From Oceanispirochaeta sp. (lineage in GTDB: Bacteria > Spirochaetota > Spirochaetia > DSM-2461), in NCBI GenBank assembly GCA_963666275.2, contig CAXXOA010000001.1, forward strand, positions 2,208,001 to 2,272,000: 64,000 bases of DNA, read 5' to 3'. Of the stretch, positions 1 through 9,041 are shown one piece after another; position 1 is the first letter of the stretch; each line of letters opens with the position of its first letter. Both the position numbers and the translations under genes were made by a program. The notes beneath the pieces were generated by a model. The model made no database searches. It had not been told where the DNA came from and saw nothing but the letters and a program-made list of their open reading frames with translations.

Positions 1-429
1 TCCGTATTTTTCAAGGATAACAAAATCGCCCGCCTTTTCAGTAAACTGGGTATCAGAGTATATCTCTCCTTTCATTCCCGCATCGATCTGATAGGATTCG
101 GGAAGATTCAGGAGTTCCTCTTCCGAAACCTGCAGCTCCGTTTCCGGGATTTCCCCGATAACCAGTTCATCATTGAATTTCAGATACAGGAAAGACTGCA
201 CTCCCTGCAGAACCTCCACTTCCATCACCCGCCCCTGAACATACAGGGGAACAACAGGCAACGGAGCCTCTTCAATGACTTCCTCTACAACCTGAACTGC
301 CGGAGGCGGAAAGAGAGCCTCCAGAACAAGAGGATCCTCGGGCTGCTCCTGAGGTTCTGCAGTTCTGCAGGACAGGAGACCTCCCAGGACAAAGAGCAGG
401 AGAAAACTATTCAAATATCTTTTCTGCAT
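1..429 (-). CDS. Lipoprotein, runs off the window edge; possible FlgT C-terminal-like beta domain
   Basis: Absent from the ORF track and translated by hand: MQKRYLNSFLLLFVLGGLLSC-RTAEPQEQ..., lipobox LLSC, open to base 1. It overlaps the stop of the upstream gene. The fold call is a weak visual resemblance. Confidence 0.75.
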   Translation of the reverse strand, partial: MQKRYLNSFLLLFVLGGLLSCRTAEPQEQPEDPLVLEALFPPPAVQVVEEVIEEAPLPVVPLYVQGRVMEVEVLQGVQSFLYLKFNDELVIGEIPETELQVSEEELLNLPESYQIDAGMKGEIYSDTQFTEKAGDFVILEKYG

Positions 430-1732
430 AGAGAATATCCTTTTCCAGGTAGGTATCGACGGTCCTTCCGTCAGGCCCGACTAACAGAGCGGTATTGTAG
501 GAAGAGAGATCCGGCAGATACAGTTCCCTGACCACTTCAGACTTTTGAAAGAGATTTTTATCTTCCGATTCATGCCATTCATCCGAAACAATAAGAAATC
601 TGTTTAAACCGACCTGGCCGGGAATAGAATGAATCATTCCCCAGGGCCCCTGATAACCCGATGCGGTATATATCCTGTCGCCTGTCAGGGGGAAGTCCGT
701 ATCCAGCATAACGATCCTTTTCCGGGCTTCATCCGACAGGACCGTATTCAGGATAAACGGCAGAGACCGATCAATAACATCAGATACATCTTCCGCCTTC
801 AACCCGGAAAAGGGGATGTCGTAGGAGGCCAGAATTTCTCTCCTTCGGTAATCGAATATCTGAAGTCTCAAAACGCTGAGCCGCTGAGAAATACGGATTT
901 CCCCCTTCAGCCCCCACTGACAGGTTGCCCTTGAGGAAACATCCGCTCTTGTTTTTGATTTCAAATCATGGATCAGAACCGGGAAAAAACCGGAAAGGTG
1001 GAGTCTCATTCCCATCCATTGGGAAACAATGTCCTCATCGGCTCTGAAATCTGCCCCGTCAAGGGTCATGAATGGCAGCTCTGTGAAAGAGAACTCCCCA
1101 TTCTGGATCTCATAGTACTGATAAAACTTTACCGGAAAGGGCTCAACATAGATTGTACTGGTCTGATGGGGTTCCTGTTTTTGCTCCAACCGGTACTGGA
1201 TTTCATTCAGAATATCCGGCAGAAGGAATTCCCACTCGCTGCTAAGATTATCCAGAATTCTATAACTGTAGATAACATCCTCGATAGTGTTACGGGGATA
1301 GACTGCCACCATGAGAAAGTACTTATCCGCAAACCGGGAGATGTTGACAGTAGAAAAATAATCCAGAGGGAAGCGGTCTTTTCTGATTCTGTATCCGATT
1401 TCAAGAATATCCCGGGGACCGGTGTTGGGATATTCCTGTGCCAGCCACTCATTCAGACTGTAGGGTTTAAACAGGTTCTGCCTGACATACGCCTTTGCCA
1501 GATCTCCATAGATTCTGTCTGAAACCTCCGGGGGAATATCTCCCTGGACTTCGGGAAGGAAGAGTCCTATGGAAGGGACGGTTTCCTCCTGGGCGTCATA
1601 GAGCTCCTGTACCGCAGGAACGGCCTCCTCCTGAACAGGCTCTTCTGACGATTCAAAGATTCCGGAAGCACTGAGAGGCAATAAGGGAAAAAGGATGAGA
1701 AGGAATATTTGAAAAATATTTTTTTTCTGCAT
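407..1732 (-). CDS. Exported protein with two predicted alpha/beta domains (CsgG/TolB-N-like, tentative), in the CIS operon
   Basis: Start re-placed at MQKKNIFQIFLLILFPLLPLSA (signal peptide). It lies directly downstream of the tube gene. The fold is inferred from the secondary-structure pattern only. Confidence 0.65.
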   Translation of the reverse strand: MQKKNIFQIFLLILFPLLPLSASGIFESSEEPVQEEAVPAVQELYDAQEETVPSIGLFLPEVQGDIPPEVSDRIYGDLAKAYVRQNLFKPYSLNEWLAQEYPNTGPRDILEIGYRIRKDRFPLDYFSTVNISRFADKYFLMVAVYPRNTIEDVIYSYRILDNLSSEWEFLLPDILNEIQYRLEQKQEPHQTSTIYVEPFPVKFYQYYEIQNGEFSFTELPFMTLDGADFRADEDIVSQWMGMRLHLSGFFPVLIHDLKSKTRADVSSRATCQWGLKGEIRISQRLSVLRLQIFDYRRREILASYDIPFSGLKAEDVSDVIDRSLPFILNTVLSDEARKRIVMLDTDFPLTGDRIYTASGYQGPWGMIHSIPGQVGLNRFLIVSDEWHESEDKNLFQKSEVVRELYLPDLSSYNTALLVGPDGRTVDTYLEKDILYAEKIFE

Positions 1733-1751
1733 TTTTAAACAGGAAAGGGGA

Positions 1752-1779
1752 TTACCCGGGATTGAATCACCCCGGGTAA
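1752..1779 (-). promoter_or_regulatory. Intercistronic hairpin after the tube gene (terminator or mRNA stabiliser)
   Basis: TTACCCGGG...CCCGGGTAA 9-bp perfect stem just after the tube stop codon; no clear U-tract. Confidence 0.5.
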
Positions 1780-1783
1780 ACAC

Positions 1784-2212
1784 CTATTTCCATTCTCCGT
1801 CTTCATAGACGATAGAAATGGTTTCCGTCATAGATCCCACTTCCTGACTGTTCAAGTCGGACATGGTCCATCCGCAGGGAACACATTCAAACAGGTTCCG
1901 TCTTGTAATTTCGCTCTGTCCGTCCCGGTCTACCAGAACAATAGAGACCGCTTTCCTTTCGGGAATCCCTCTTTCCACTGTTTTCCACCAATCCCGCAAT
2001 ACAGTATCTTTGGGATCGCAGTTTCGTGAAAAAGAGACCACATCGTACTTCACTTTTCCCGGGATTTTCCTGGCATTTCTATCGACCCCACCGATATCAT
2101 CAGTGATTTCGGCCGTAGCGCCCAGACCTGTTACAGAGGTAAAGTTACCATAATCCACACCGTCAATTTCGACTTTGAAATTGGTCTTCATCGTTGGTAC
2201 ATAATCAGCCAT
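1784..2212 (-). CDS. CIS tail tube protein (T4 gp19 / Afp1-Afp5 family)
   Basis: 142 aa with FKVEIDG..GNFTSVTGL, RKIPGKVKY..V..SR, LRDWWK, ERKAVSIVL.D, NL.EC.P..W and ETISIVYE, the typical tube pattern; adjacent to the sheath gene. Confidence 0.93.
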   Translation of the reverse strand: MADYVPTMKTNFKVEIDGVDYGNFTSVTGLGATAEITDDIGGVDRNARKIPGKVKYDVVSFSRNCDPKDTVLRDWWKTVERGIPERKAVSIVLVDRDGQSEITRRNLFECVPCGWTMSDLNSQEVGSMTETISIVYEDGEWK

Positions 2213-2235
2213 CTTTCTTCTCCTTCTTAAAAGAT

Positions 2236-3459
2236 TTATTCAGACAATGTCTTTTGCGAAACGCGGAATACGACAAATTCGGCCGGTTTGGCCGGCGCAA
2301 TTCCCACTTCACAAACAACATAACCTGCATCAATGGATTCCGGAGGATTCAGTTCATCATCACAGCGGACAAAAAATGCCTCCTCGGGAGAATCGCCAAA
2401 CAGAGCCCCTTCTTTCCAGAGGCGCAAACAGAATGCCGTGAGATTCCTGACAATCTGCTTCCACAGGGACCGGGTATTCGGTTCGAACACCACCCAGTTG
2501 GTGCCGTCCTGTATAGCTTTTTCAACCATACAGAAAAGACGACGGATGTTAATGTATTTCCATTCCGGGTCGGAACTGAAAGTCCTGGCTCCCCAGACAC
2601 GGATGCCTCTACCGTCAAACTCTCTGATGCAGTTGATCCCTTTGGGATTCAGCAGTTCCTGCTCTGCATCGGTCAGATTGTATTTCAGCCCGGTAGCTCC
2701 CCGGAAAATTTCGTTGGCAGGAGCTTTGAAAACTCCTCTGGTGCTGTCTACCCGGCCGTACACGCCGGCAATACCACCGCAGGGTGGGGCATAGACATCC
2801 GTATCATTATCGGGATCGTACATTTTTACCCAGGGAAAGTAATAGGCTCCCATGGTAGAATCCCGTGGCATGGGCATGGTATCTATCCCCTTTTCCAGAG
2901 TTTCCGGTGCATCCAGGACGGCAACCCGAAATCTGTTTTTTTCACAGTGGGACAGGATGGCGTCCTGAGCCGCCGGTTCGGTAACGCCGGGAGCACAGAC
3001 TATGGAAATATCACCGATTTCATCAAAAGCACAGAGGCCGGACCTTTTTCCCGGTCCTTCATCTTTTCCTATGATCAATTTGGTAATCCCATCGGGATTC
3101 TTTACTATAAATGGTTCTTCCACTGTTTCAGGTTTTGCCTTGGCGTCCTTGGTCTGATCCTTCTCACTCTCTTTACCAGCCGCTTTCTGTGCGGGTATTT
3201 CCATCAGATTGTTGATATAGCACTTGGTGCCGCCATTCTGAAAGAACTGATATACCGAATGAGAGAGCCATCCGTTTTTGTGCATACCGCCGAAGGTTTT
3301 AGTATATTGCGTCCAGTTGGTAACGAGGGTGGCTTCATTAACAGGCCCTTTTTCTGCAACTCCAAGAAAACCCACCACATTGGTAGCACCGGCTTCCAGA
3401 GGTTTCGATCCGCTGGAAACTTCTTCAACATATACACCGGGTGTCAAATACTGTGGCAT
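2236..3459 (-). CDS. CIS contractile tail sheath protein (Afp2/3/4 family)
   Basis: YLTPGVYVEEV N-terminus, AYYFPWVK, RGVFKAPAN, LNPKGINCIR, GIRVWGART, WKYINIRR, WVVFEPN and GIAPAKPAEFV motifs. Confidence 0.97.
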   Translation of the reverse strand: MPQYLTPGVYVEEVSSGSKPLEAGATNVVGFLGVAEKGPVNEATLVTNWTQYTKTFGGMHKNGWLSHSVYQFFQNGGTKCYINNLMEIPAQKAAGKESEKDQTKDAKAKPETVEEPFIVKNPDGITKLIIGKDEGPGKRSGLCAFDEIGDISIVCAPGVTEPAAQDAILSHCEKNRFRVAVLDAPETLEKGIDTMPMPRDSTMGAYYFPWVKMYDPDNDTDVYAPPCGGIAGVYGRVDSTRGVFKAPANEIFRGATGLKYNLTDAEQELLNPKGINCIREFDGRGIRVWGARTFSSDPEWKYINIRRLFCMVEKAIQDGTNWVVFEPNTRSLWKQIVRNLTAFCLRLWKEGALFGDSPEEAFFVRCDDELNPPESIDAGYVVCEVGIAPAKPAEFVVFRVSQKTLSE

Positions 3460-3486
3460 AATCCGATTTCTCCTTCCTCAATTTCT

Positions 3487-4038
3487 TTATTTTTTTACAG
3501 CAGAAAACTGCCGTTGTATGACTCTCACCACCCGCTCTTCCTGAGACGAGTTTATTCCCAGCTGTATACACAGATCCCAGCGGTAGGGTTGAAAAGGCTC
3601 CAATTCCCCGGGAAGAGGATAGGAGGCATCAGAATCAAGAAGGTTCATCATGGCTTTTCCCGATTCATTGCCGTACCAGTTGTAGTCTCCCAGAGTAAAA
3701 AAGGGATTATCCTCCACACTCCGATGGATACGGGCGGAAACATCCAGTGCCCTGATGGCTGATTTAAAAGCCGGAACCAGGGCAACCCTCAGGTCCACCA
3801 TCCGGGGAACGGGAACCTGAACTTCTACAGAACTGTCCGGGGATTTCCCGCCGGGTTTTACGATTCTCAGAGTTTCATTTCTATTTCTGCCGTGTCCCTG
3901 TTTGATATCCAGAAGGACAATGACAATTTCCTCCCGGTATTTGCCTTCCCATAGAGAGACGGGGATTCGGGGAAACCATGAGACAAGAGCCTCCCGGATC
4001 TGATTCAGTGAATAACTGAGAACTGCAGCCTGATCCAT
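3487..4038 (-). CDS. Putative Afp16/Pvc16-like tail terminator (cap) protein
   Basis: Size (183 aa) and position immediately upstream of the sheath match Afp16; sequence resemblance is weak. Confidence 0.5.
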   Translation of the reverse strand: MDQAAVLSYSLNQIREALVSWFPRIPVSLWEGKYREEIVIVLLDIKQGHGRNRNETLRIVKPGGKSPDSSVEVQVPVPRMVDLRVALVPAFKSAIRALDVSARIHRSVEDNPFFTLGDYNWYGNESGKAMMNLLDSDASYPLPGELEPFQPYRWDLCIQLGINSSQEERVVRVIQRQFSAVKK

Positions 4039-7000
4039 CAGTATTCGGACCTCCTGTCTTCAATGACAAGTCCTTCAAGATAGAGGAGCTCATCGGGCCG
4101 GATAGAGATTTTATCCTGTTCCAGACCTGTTGATTCGTCAAAAAGCCTGATGTCCTCGACATGATGGATGGAGGAAATACGATCCAGAGTTCTCTGGATA
4201 AACTCTTTCTGAAGGGAAGCGCCGAACTCCCAGCCGTTTCCATCGTTTCCGCCTACAAGCGGATGCAGAACCTGTGCAATCGCGCTGTTTATCTGATCTT
4301 TTGCCGAACGGGCTTCTATGACCTCTTTTCGGAAAACCAGCTTCAGACGAATTTTGACGGACCGATACAAAGGGCCTGAAACCTGCAGTTTTGTCCCCAC
4401 CAGTTTCCTGACAGACAAATACTCTTTTACCCTGCGCAGCAGTTCCGAAGAAGGATAGAGCTTCTCTTTCAGATCGATAGATTCTCTTCCCGGCAAAATG
4501 ATCACGACCACCTCTCCCCGGCTGTTGACTTTGGGCAGACAGATGGAACGGCCCACCGACGAAGAGGCTTCATAGGAGAGCCAGGCAAAGTCCTCGGATG
4601 TGACAGCCCGGTTCCGGCTCCGGAATATTCCGGAAGCCCTTTTTTTAAGGTTTTCCAGTGATTCCAGGTCTGCTCCGCCCATGGCGGGCAGAGGGTTTTC
4701 CACACCCGCAAGGAAAGGAAGGCTCTCCCGGAGGACTTTAACCTGGCCTGCTCCGATATTTCCCCTGACTCCGCCACCGGCAGAGCACTGCCGTATAACG
4801 ATATTATTCTTTCCCCTGGGGGGAATAACGCCTTTTTTTCCATCTCCGAAGAGGATTTTGTTCTTTTGATAGTCCAGGACATAATGCCGGGAAACCGCCG
4901 TGGATTCATGAAAGTGCGGAACCTGATGGTAAGTTACCCAGACTTCCTCTTTTCCTGATCCGGTCTGTTCTTTTCGAACAGCTCCGGGACCTTCTTCCTG
5001 TTCTATGAGGCTCCGTTCGTTTTCGGGAGGATAGACATCCTCCCTTACCTCGATCACAATTCCCGGAAGAATTGGATAGCGGACCAGATCATACTCCTGC
5101 AGAGGCGATCCGCTGCCGGATCCCAGCTTTTCATTATAGAATGTCTGCTTGTTGGATCCGTAAACCGAATTCAGATGCACATTTTTTATGACAGGCATGG
5201 ATTCAAAACTGCCGTTTTCGAATACGACCCGCATCCAGCAGAGACTCTGTCCATACTGCTCTTCCTGTTTCCAGTCGACGGGGATCTGAAACTCAATGAA
5301 TCCTGATCTGTGAAATGAGTCGGTAAAATCGTTAACATTCAGCTTTTCCCAGGTATTATCCCGGCGGTACTCCCATCGAAGAGTGATCTGCCTGTTTTTC
5401 CTGTGAACCAGGTCTTCCCTGTAAAAATCCTGCCTGTCTTTTTCATCCAGTTCGAAAAAAAGAGAGGATTCTCCCGCAGGCAGTGGGTGTTCAAATCCGA
5501 AACCCGTGGCCGGTGCGCTTTCATCATTCACCGTGATTAATGTCACAGGATCTGTGGGTTCCTGCTTTTCTGCGGCTTCAAAATTTTTTCGTATTTCACG
5601 GGTGTGATCACTGTAGGCGAAATCCGAATATACCTTCAGATTCTCTACTGACCGGAACCCTGAATCATAGCTCAAACGCAAGCGGGAAACCACAGGAGGA
5701 ACAATCTTTTCAGAAAAATACCAGTTCCATTTGCCATCAGGACTCTGGGAGTATCCGCCCCCTTTGCCCAGATCCTCTACAGAAATTCTTACCCGGATCC
5801 AGGTGGACAGGACTCCGTTGACCTCTTTTTCCCGGATATCATCGGGACAGAGAAAAGAGATCACTCCGGACTCGCAAAATGCCTTTGTTCCATCCCGAAA
5901 AGAATAACTGCCGCTGGCATACGCCTCTTCTCCGGGGGTTGATACTCCCAGGATCATCCAGTCCTTTCCGTTCCAGTATTCATAACGCATGGAGAGAGAG
6001 TCTCCCGGAAAAGACGGGCTGACAGCTTCATTCAGAAGGACATTGATCTGAATTTTCGCTCCCTTCTTAGAAAAGACCTCATGGGATGAAAGATAGAAGA
6101 TATCATTCACAACAGGAGCTTCCTGAAAAGGCTTGAAATCCTTGTTCAGATCTAATGGGATAAAAGTTACAGAGTTGAAAAGACAGCTGTCCGGTGCCAG
6201 TCCGTCTCCGGAAAAGATAAGCTTTGTTACCATACCATGGCAGTCAAAACAGCTTTTTTCCCGCGGCATCTCGTCAAGACAGGCGCGGATATAAAACCCT
6301 TCCTGCCCGTCTATCTCTCTGGATGCAATGTTCAAGGGCCCGCTGAAATAGACTGTATTCTCTTTTCGTCTCTCCCCTTTATGAAAATAGGCGGGCTCAA
6401 CGGGCTGCCAGCGTTCGCCGTCCCAGAGAGACCAGCTGAAAAAGCGGATCAATTCACTGGCTGCTGAAGCAACCTCTCCTGCCTGTTTCATCTGTAGACA
6501 GACCAGATTGGATTCCTGGAGGAACTGAAAATCTGCCGACTGTATATACAGGTACCGGCTCACTTCATCCGAAGCCCGGAAGAGGGGGAACCCTTCCCCC
6601 TGGTGGTGAAGAGGTTCTGTAAAATCACTGATTCTGGATTGAAAAGAACTTATACAGGAGACAATCCGGTTTTCCCGGATCCCTATCCTTTTGTCTGTTT
6701 CAAACGATATGGCCTGATCGCCGTCATTCCGTCCAGTAGAGACACGAAAGCCTTTTTTGATATCCAGAAGCCCCTCGTATCCGGCTGTGGGCTTGAAGGT
6801 TAGAAGAACCCTTGAAGCCTGGGGAGAGGATAGAGAGAGCCCCATAAGATCAAGAAGAGCCAGATAGGTCTTTTCGGGAACTTTGTTTAAACGGAACAGA
6901 ACCATTTCTGTCATCCATGAGAAGAGTTCGACCAGGGTGACGCCGGGATCCGAAGGATTGTGGTTCGTCCATTCAGGGGTATAATGGGGAATCAAAGAGA

Positions 7001-7058
7001 GAGCTTCTTCGCGGATCTCTTTATATGTTTTATCATCCAAATTGGGACTGGGTATCAA
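4038..7058 (-). CDS. CIS baseplate assembly protein (Afp11 / gp6 / baseplate J-like)
   Basis: PNLDDKTY, PEWTNHNPSDPGVTLVELFSW, LNKVPEK.YLALLDLMG, ILFGDGKKG.IPP, GGADLESLE and RAVTSEDF motifs. Confidence 0.93.
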   Translation of the reverse strand: MIPSPNLDDKTYKEIREEALSLIPHYTPEWTNHNPSDPGVTLVELFSWMTEMVLFRLNKVPEKTYLALLDLMGLSLSSPQASRVLLTFKPTAGYEGLLDIKKGFRVSTGRNDGDQAISFETDKRIGIRENRIVSCISSFQSRISDFTEPLHHQGEGFPLFRASDEVSRYLYIQSADFQFLQESNLVCLQMKQAGEVASAASELIRFFSWSLWDGERWQPVEPAYFHKGERRKENTVYFSGPLNIASREIDGQEGFYIRACLDEMPREKSCFDCHGMVTKLIFSGDGLAPDSCLFNSVTFIPLDLNKDFKPFQEAPVVNDIFYLSSHEVFSKKGAKIQINVLLNEAVSPSFPGDSLSMRYEYWNGKDWMILGVSTPGEEAYASGSYSFRDGTKAFCESGVISFLCPDDIREKEVNGVLSTWIRVRISVEDLGKGGGYSQSPDGKWNWYFSEKIVPPVVSRLRLSYDSGFRSVENLKVYSDFAYSDHTREIRKNFEAAEKQEPTDPVTLITVNDESAPATGFGFEHPLPAGESSLFFELDEKDRQDFYREDLVHRKNRQITLRWEYRRDNTWEKLNVNDFTDSFHRSGFIEFQIPVDWKQEEQYGQSLCWMRVVFENGSFESMPVIKNVHLNSVYGSNKQTFYNEKLGSGSGSPLQEYDLVRYPILPGIVIEVREDVYPPENERSLIEQEEGPGAVRKEQTGSGKEEVWVTYHQVPHFHESTAVSRHYVLDYQKNKILFGDGKKGVIPPRGKNNIVIRQCSAGGGVRGNIGAGQVKVLRESLPFLAGVENPLPAMGGADLESLENLKKRASGIFRSRNRAVTSEDFAWLSYEASSSVGRSICLPKVNSRGEVVVIILPGRESIDLKEKLYPSSELLRRVKEYLSVRKLVGTKLQVSGPLYRSVKIRLKLVFRKEVIEARSAKDQINSAIAQVLHPLVGGNDGNGWEFGASLQKEFIQRTLDRISSIHHVEDIRLFDESTGLEQDKISIRPDELLYLEGLVIEDRRSEY

Positions 7059-7452
7059 TTTCGCCTCGCTCCAGATAAAAAGGGTAAACCATGTTGAAAT
7101 AGGTATTGACTGACCGCAGGAGATAGCTAATTCCTACATGAAACTTTGTCTCATCTTCAGGATCCTCCCTGACTTCCACATTCTGCAGAATGATTCTATG
7201 CTCCCACTTTGTGAGGGCTTCTTCCACATAGTATTGAGCCAGAGACCTTGTCCGGGAATTGTTGGGTGCAAAAACCAGACTATTCAGATCACAGCCGAAG
7301 TCCGGCCTCATGACCCGTTCTCCTCTGGTGGTGCCCAGAATTATTTTTATAGACTCTTCCACCGATTCTTTACCAGCTATGCTTTTGATGCATCCCTGCG
7401 AGTCGATACCGAAATCTATTGAAAACCCTTTTCCCAGAAAAGAAGAATCCAT
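7033..7452 (-). CDS. gp25/GPW-like baseplate wedge protein (Afp9)
   Basis: FLGKGF, ESIKIILGT.RGERVMRPDFGC.L, L.KWE.RI and NMVYPFYL motifs; ATG at 7452 preceded by GAAGGAG. Confidence 0.93.
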   Translation of the reverse strand: MDSSFLGKGFSIDFGIDSQGCIKSIAGKESVEESIKIILGTTRGERVMRPDFGCDLNSLVFAPNNSRTRSLAQYYVEEALTKWEHRIILQNVEVREDPEDETKFHVGISYLLRSVNTYFNMVYPFYLERGEIDTQSQFG

Positions 7453-7765
7453 GAAAGGCAACTCCTTCAATCAATAAAATACGTTGTGTTATTTTTAAGA
7501 ATGAATTGAGAATTGTAAAGTAGCCTTTCAGTGCCATTTTCTGTAATACATTTCCCATATATCTACTACTTAAAGTATTTTTTTGTTTATTTATAACACT
7601 CAAATACTACTTTCAGGGCTTTTCAGTTATATGTAAATTGGGTTTTATTTTTAAATTCATAAATTATCATTGATATATTTATAAAATCCTGTATTAATGT
7701 TGTATGTTATTCAGATAACAAGAGATTATTTCAGTACGAGGATTATCAGAAAACAGGTAAAAAAA
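7453..7765. promoter_or_regulatory. AT-rich divergent promoter region of the CIS locus
   Basis: Non-coding gap between the two divergent arms, with repeated TACTACTT at 7564 and 7605. Confidence 0.6.
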
Positions 7766-8389
7766 ATGAAAATAGCAATTTTCAGCAAACATCCCTTAAT
7801 TTCAGAAATGATGACTCATTACTTCAGTTCTCTGGGAAGGGATATGAATATCTATTCGTATTATCCTGAAGAAATGGGATCGTTGAGAAAGGTTTTTGAC
7901 TACATTATCCTGAACAACCTGTGCCAGTTTGGGGATATAACGGCTTATGTGCAAAAAGCGCAGGAGTTTGTCAAAAACCGGAAAAACCTGATTCTTATCA
8001 ATGGTGACCATATGAACTGCCATATTAACGGATTTACCGTGTTTAGCGGAGCCAACAGCCTGCAGGATTTGACTCTTGCTATTACAAGCTCTTCCCCCTC
8101 TCCCAAAGATATGTCCCGGCCCTTTTCCATGCAGGAAATGATCTCCCATATGCCCCGGTCTTCACAGTTGCAGAATGATTTTTCTGATCTAACCCGGCAT
8201 CAGAAGGATATTTTAGGGTTTCTTTTAACCAATATGGATTATACCGTGATTGCCGATCATTTTGGAATTTCGATTAATACTCTGAAAAAACATAATACCA
8301 ACATCTTTAAAAAAATGAATGTTAGATCCCGGAATGAATTACAAAAACTCCTTATCCGGTCAGCCGTGTTATCCGAGTCCCAGACATAA
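7766..8389 (+). CDS. LuxR-family HTH regulator with a degenerate receiver-like N-terminus
   Basis: C-terminal LT.HQKDIL..L......IA..FGIS.NTLKKH.TNIFKKMNV.SR.EL is a LuxR HTH; start placed at MKIAIFS. Confidence 0.85.
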   Translation: MKIAIFSKHPLISEMMTHYFSSLGRDMNIYSYYPEEMGSLRKVFDYIILNNLCQFGDITAYVQKAQEFVKNRKNLILINGDHMNCHINGFTVFSGANSLQDLTLAITSSSPSPKDMSRPFSMQEMISHMPRSSQLQNDFSDLTRHQKDILGFLLTNMDYTVIADHFGISINTLKKHNTNIFKKMNVRSRNELQKLLIRSAVLSESQT

Positions 8390-8408
8390 GTTTCAGGAGG
8401 TTTTCATA

Positions 8409-9041
8409 ATGAATGTTTTACAGACAGGTTTTGTTTCAGACAATCAGGATCCGGATCAGCTGGGGAGAGTCAAACTCTCCCTTTATCTGTCTGAAGTCGC
8501 CACAGAAACAGACTGGCTTCCTGTGATTCAGGGAATCGCCGGAGATGACAAGGGGATCTTCTGTCTTCCCGATACGGGGGATTTTGTGTTGGCTGTTTTT
8601 TCCGACAGCAGCCTGAAAAAGGGCTATGTTCTGGGCAGTACCTGGACCCAGGACGCAGCCCTCCCCCTCTCTGAGGAAAACGGTGACGCCGATCTGAACG
8701 GAGACGGCAACAACGCCTTGAGGATGATCAGAAGCAAATCGGGTCAGCGCATTATTCTGGACGATACCGAAGGGGCTGAGAAGATCCAGGTTCTCAACAC
8801 CGACGGCACCAGCCGGCTGGAACTCAATGCCGAAGAGGAGATGATCAGTCTGCTGAGCGAGCAGGATGTGACCCTGAATGCCAAAACAACAGTGAGCATT
8901 AGGACCGAAGAGATGACAGTAGAAACAGACGGAGACCTTACCATTCAGTGCGATAATCTGGGAGTGGAACCCGGTGGGGATGCCAATCTGAAAGGCAGCG
9001 GCGGAATAGTTCTGGAAGGCAAAGGCGTAGGGATAAACTGA
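8409..9041 (+). CDS. gp5/gpV-like spike protein (OB fold plus beta-helix, no gp27 hub)
   Basis: G.V.DNQDPDQLGRVK, TDW.PV, G.FCLPD.GD.VL, GYVLGS.W and SKSGQRIILDD motifs, then beta repeats; AGGAGG RBS before ATG 8409. Confidence 0.88.
   Translation: MNVLQTGFVSDNQDPDQLGRVKLSLYLSEVATETDWLPVIQGIAGDDKGIFCLPDTGDFVLAVFSDSSLKKGYVLGSTWTQDAALPLSEENGDADLNGDGNNALRMIRSKSGQRIILDDTEGAEKIQVLNTDGTSRLELNAEEEMISLLSEQDVTLNAKTTVSIRTEEMTVETDGDLTIQCDNLGVEPGGDANLKGSGGIVLEGKGVGIN

Noticed and set aside
2194..3762. 522-aa plus-strand ORF
   Set aside because: Antisense shadow of the sheath and Afp16-like genes, with no recognisable motifs.
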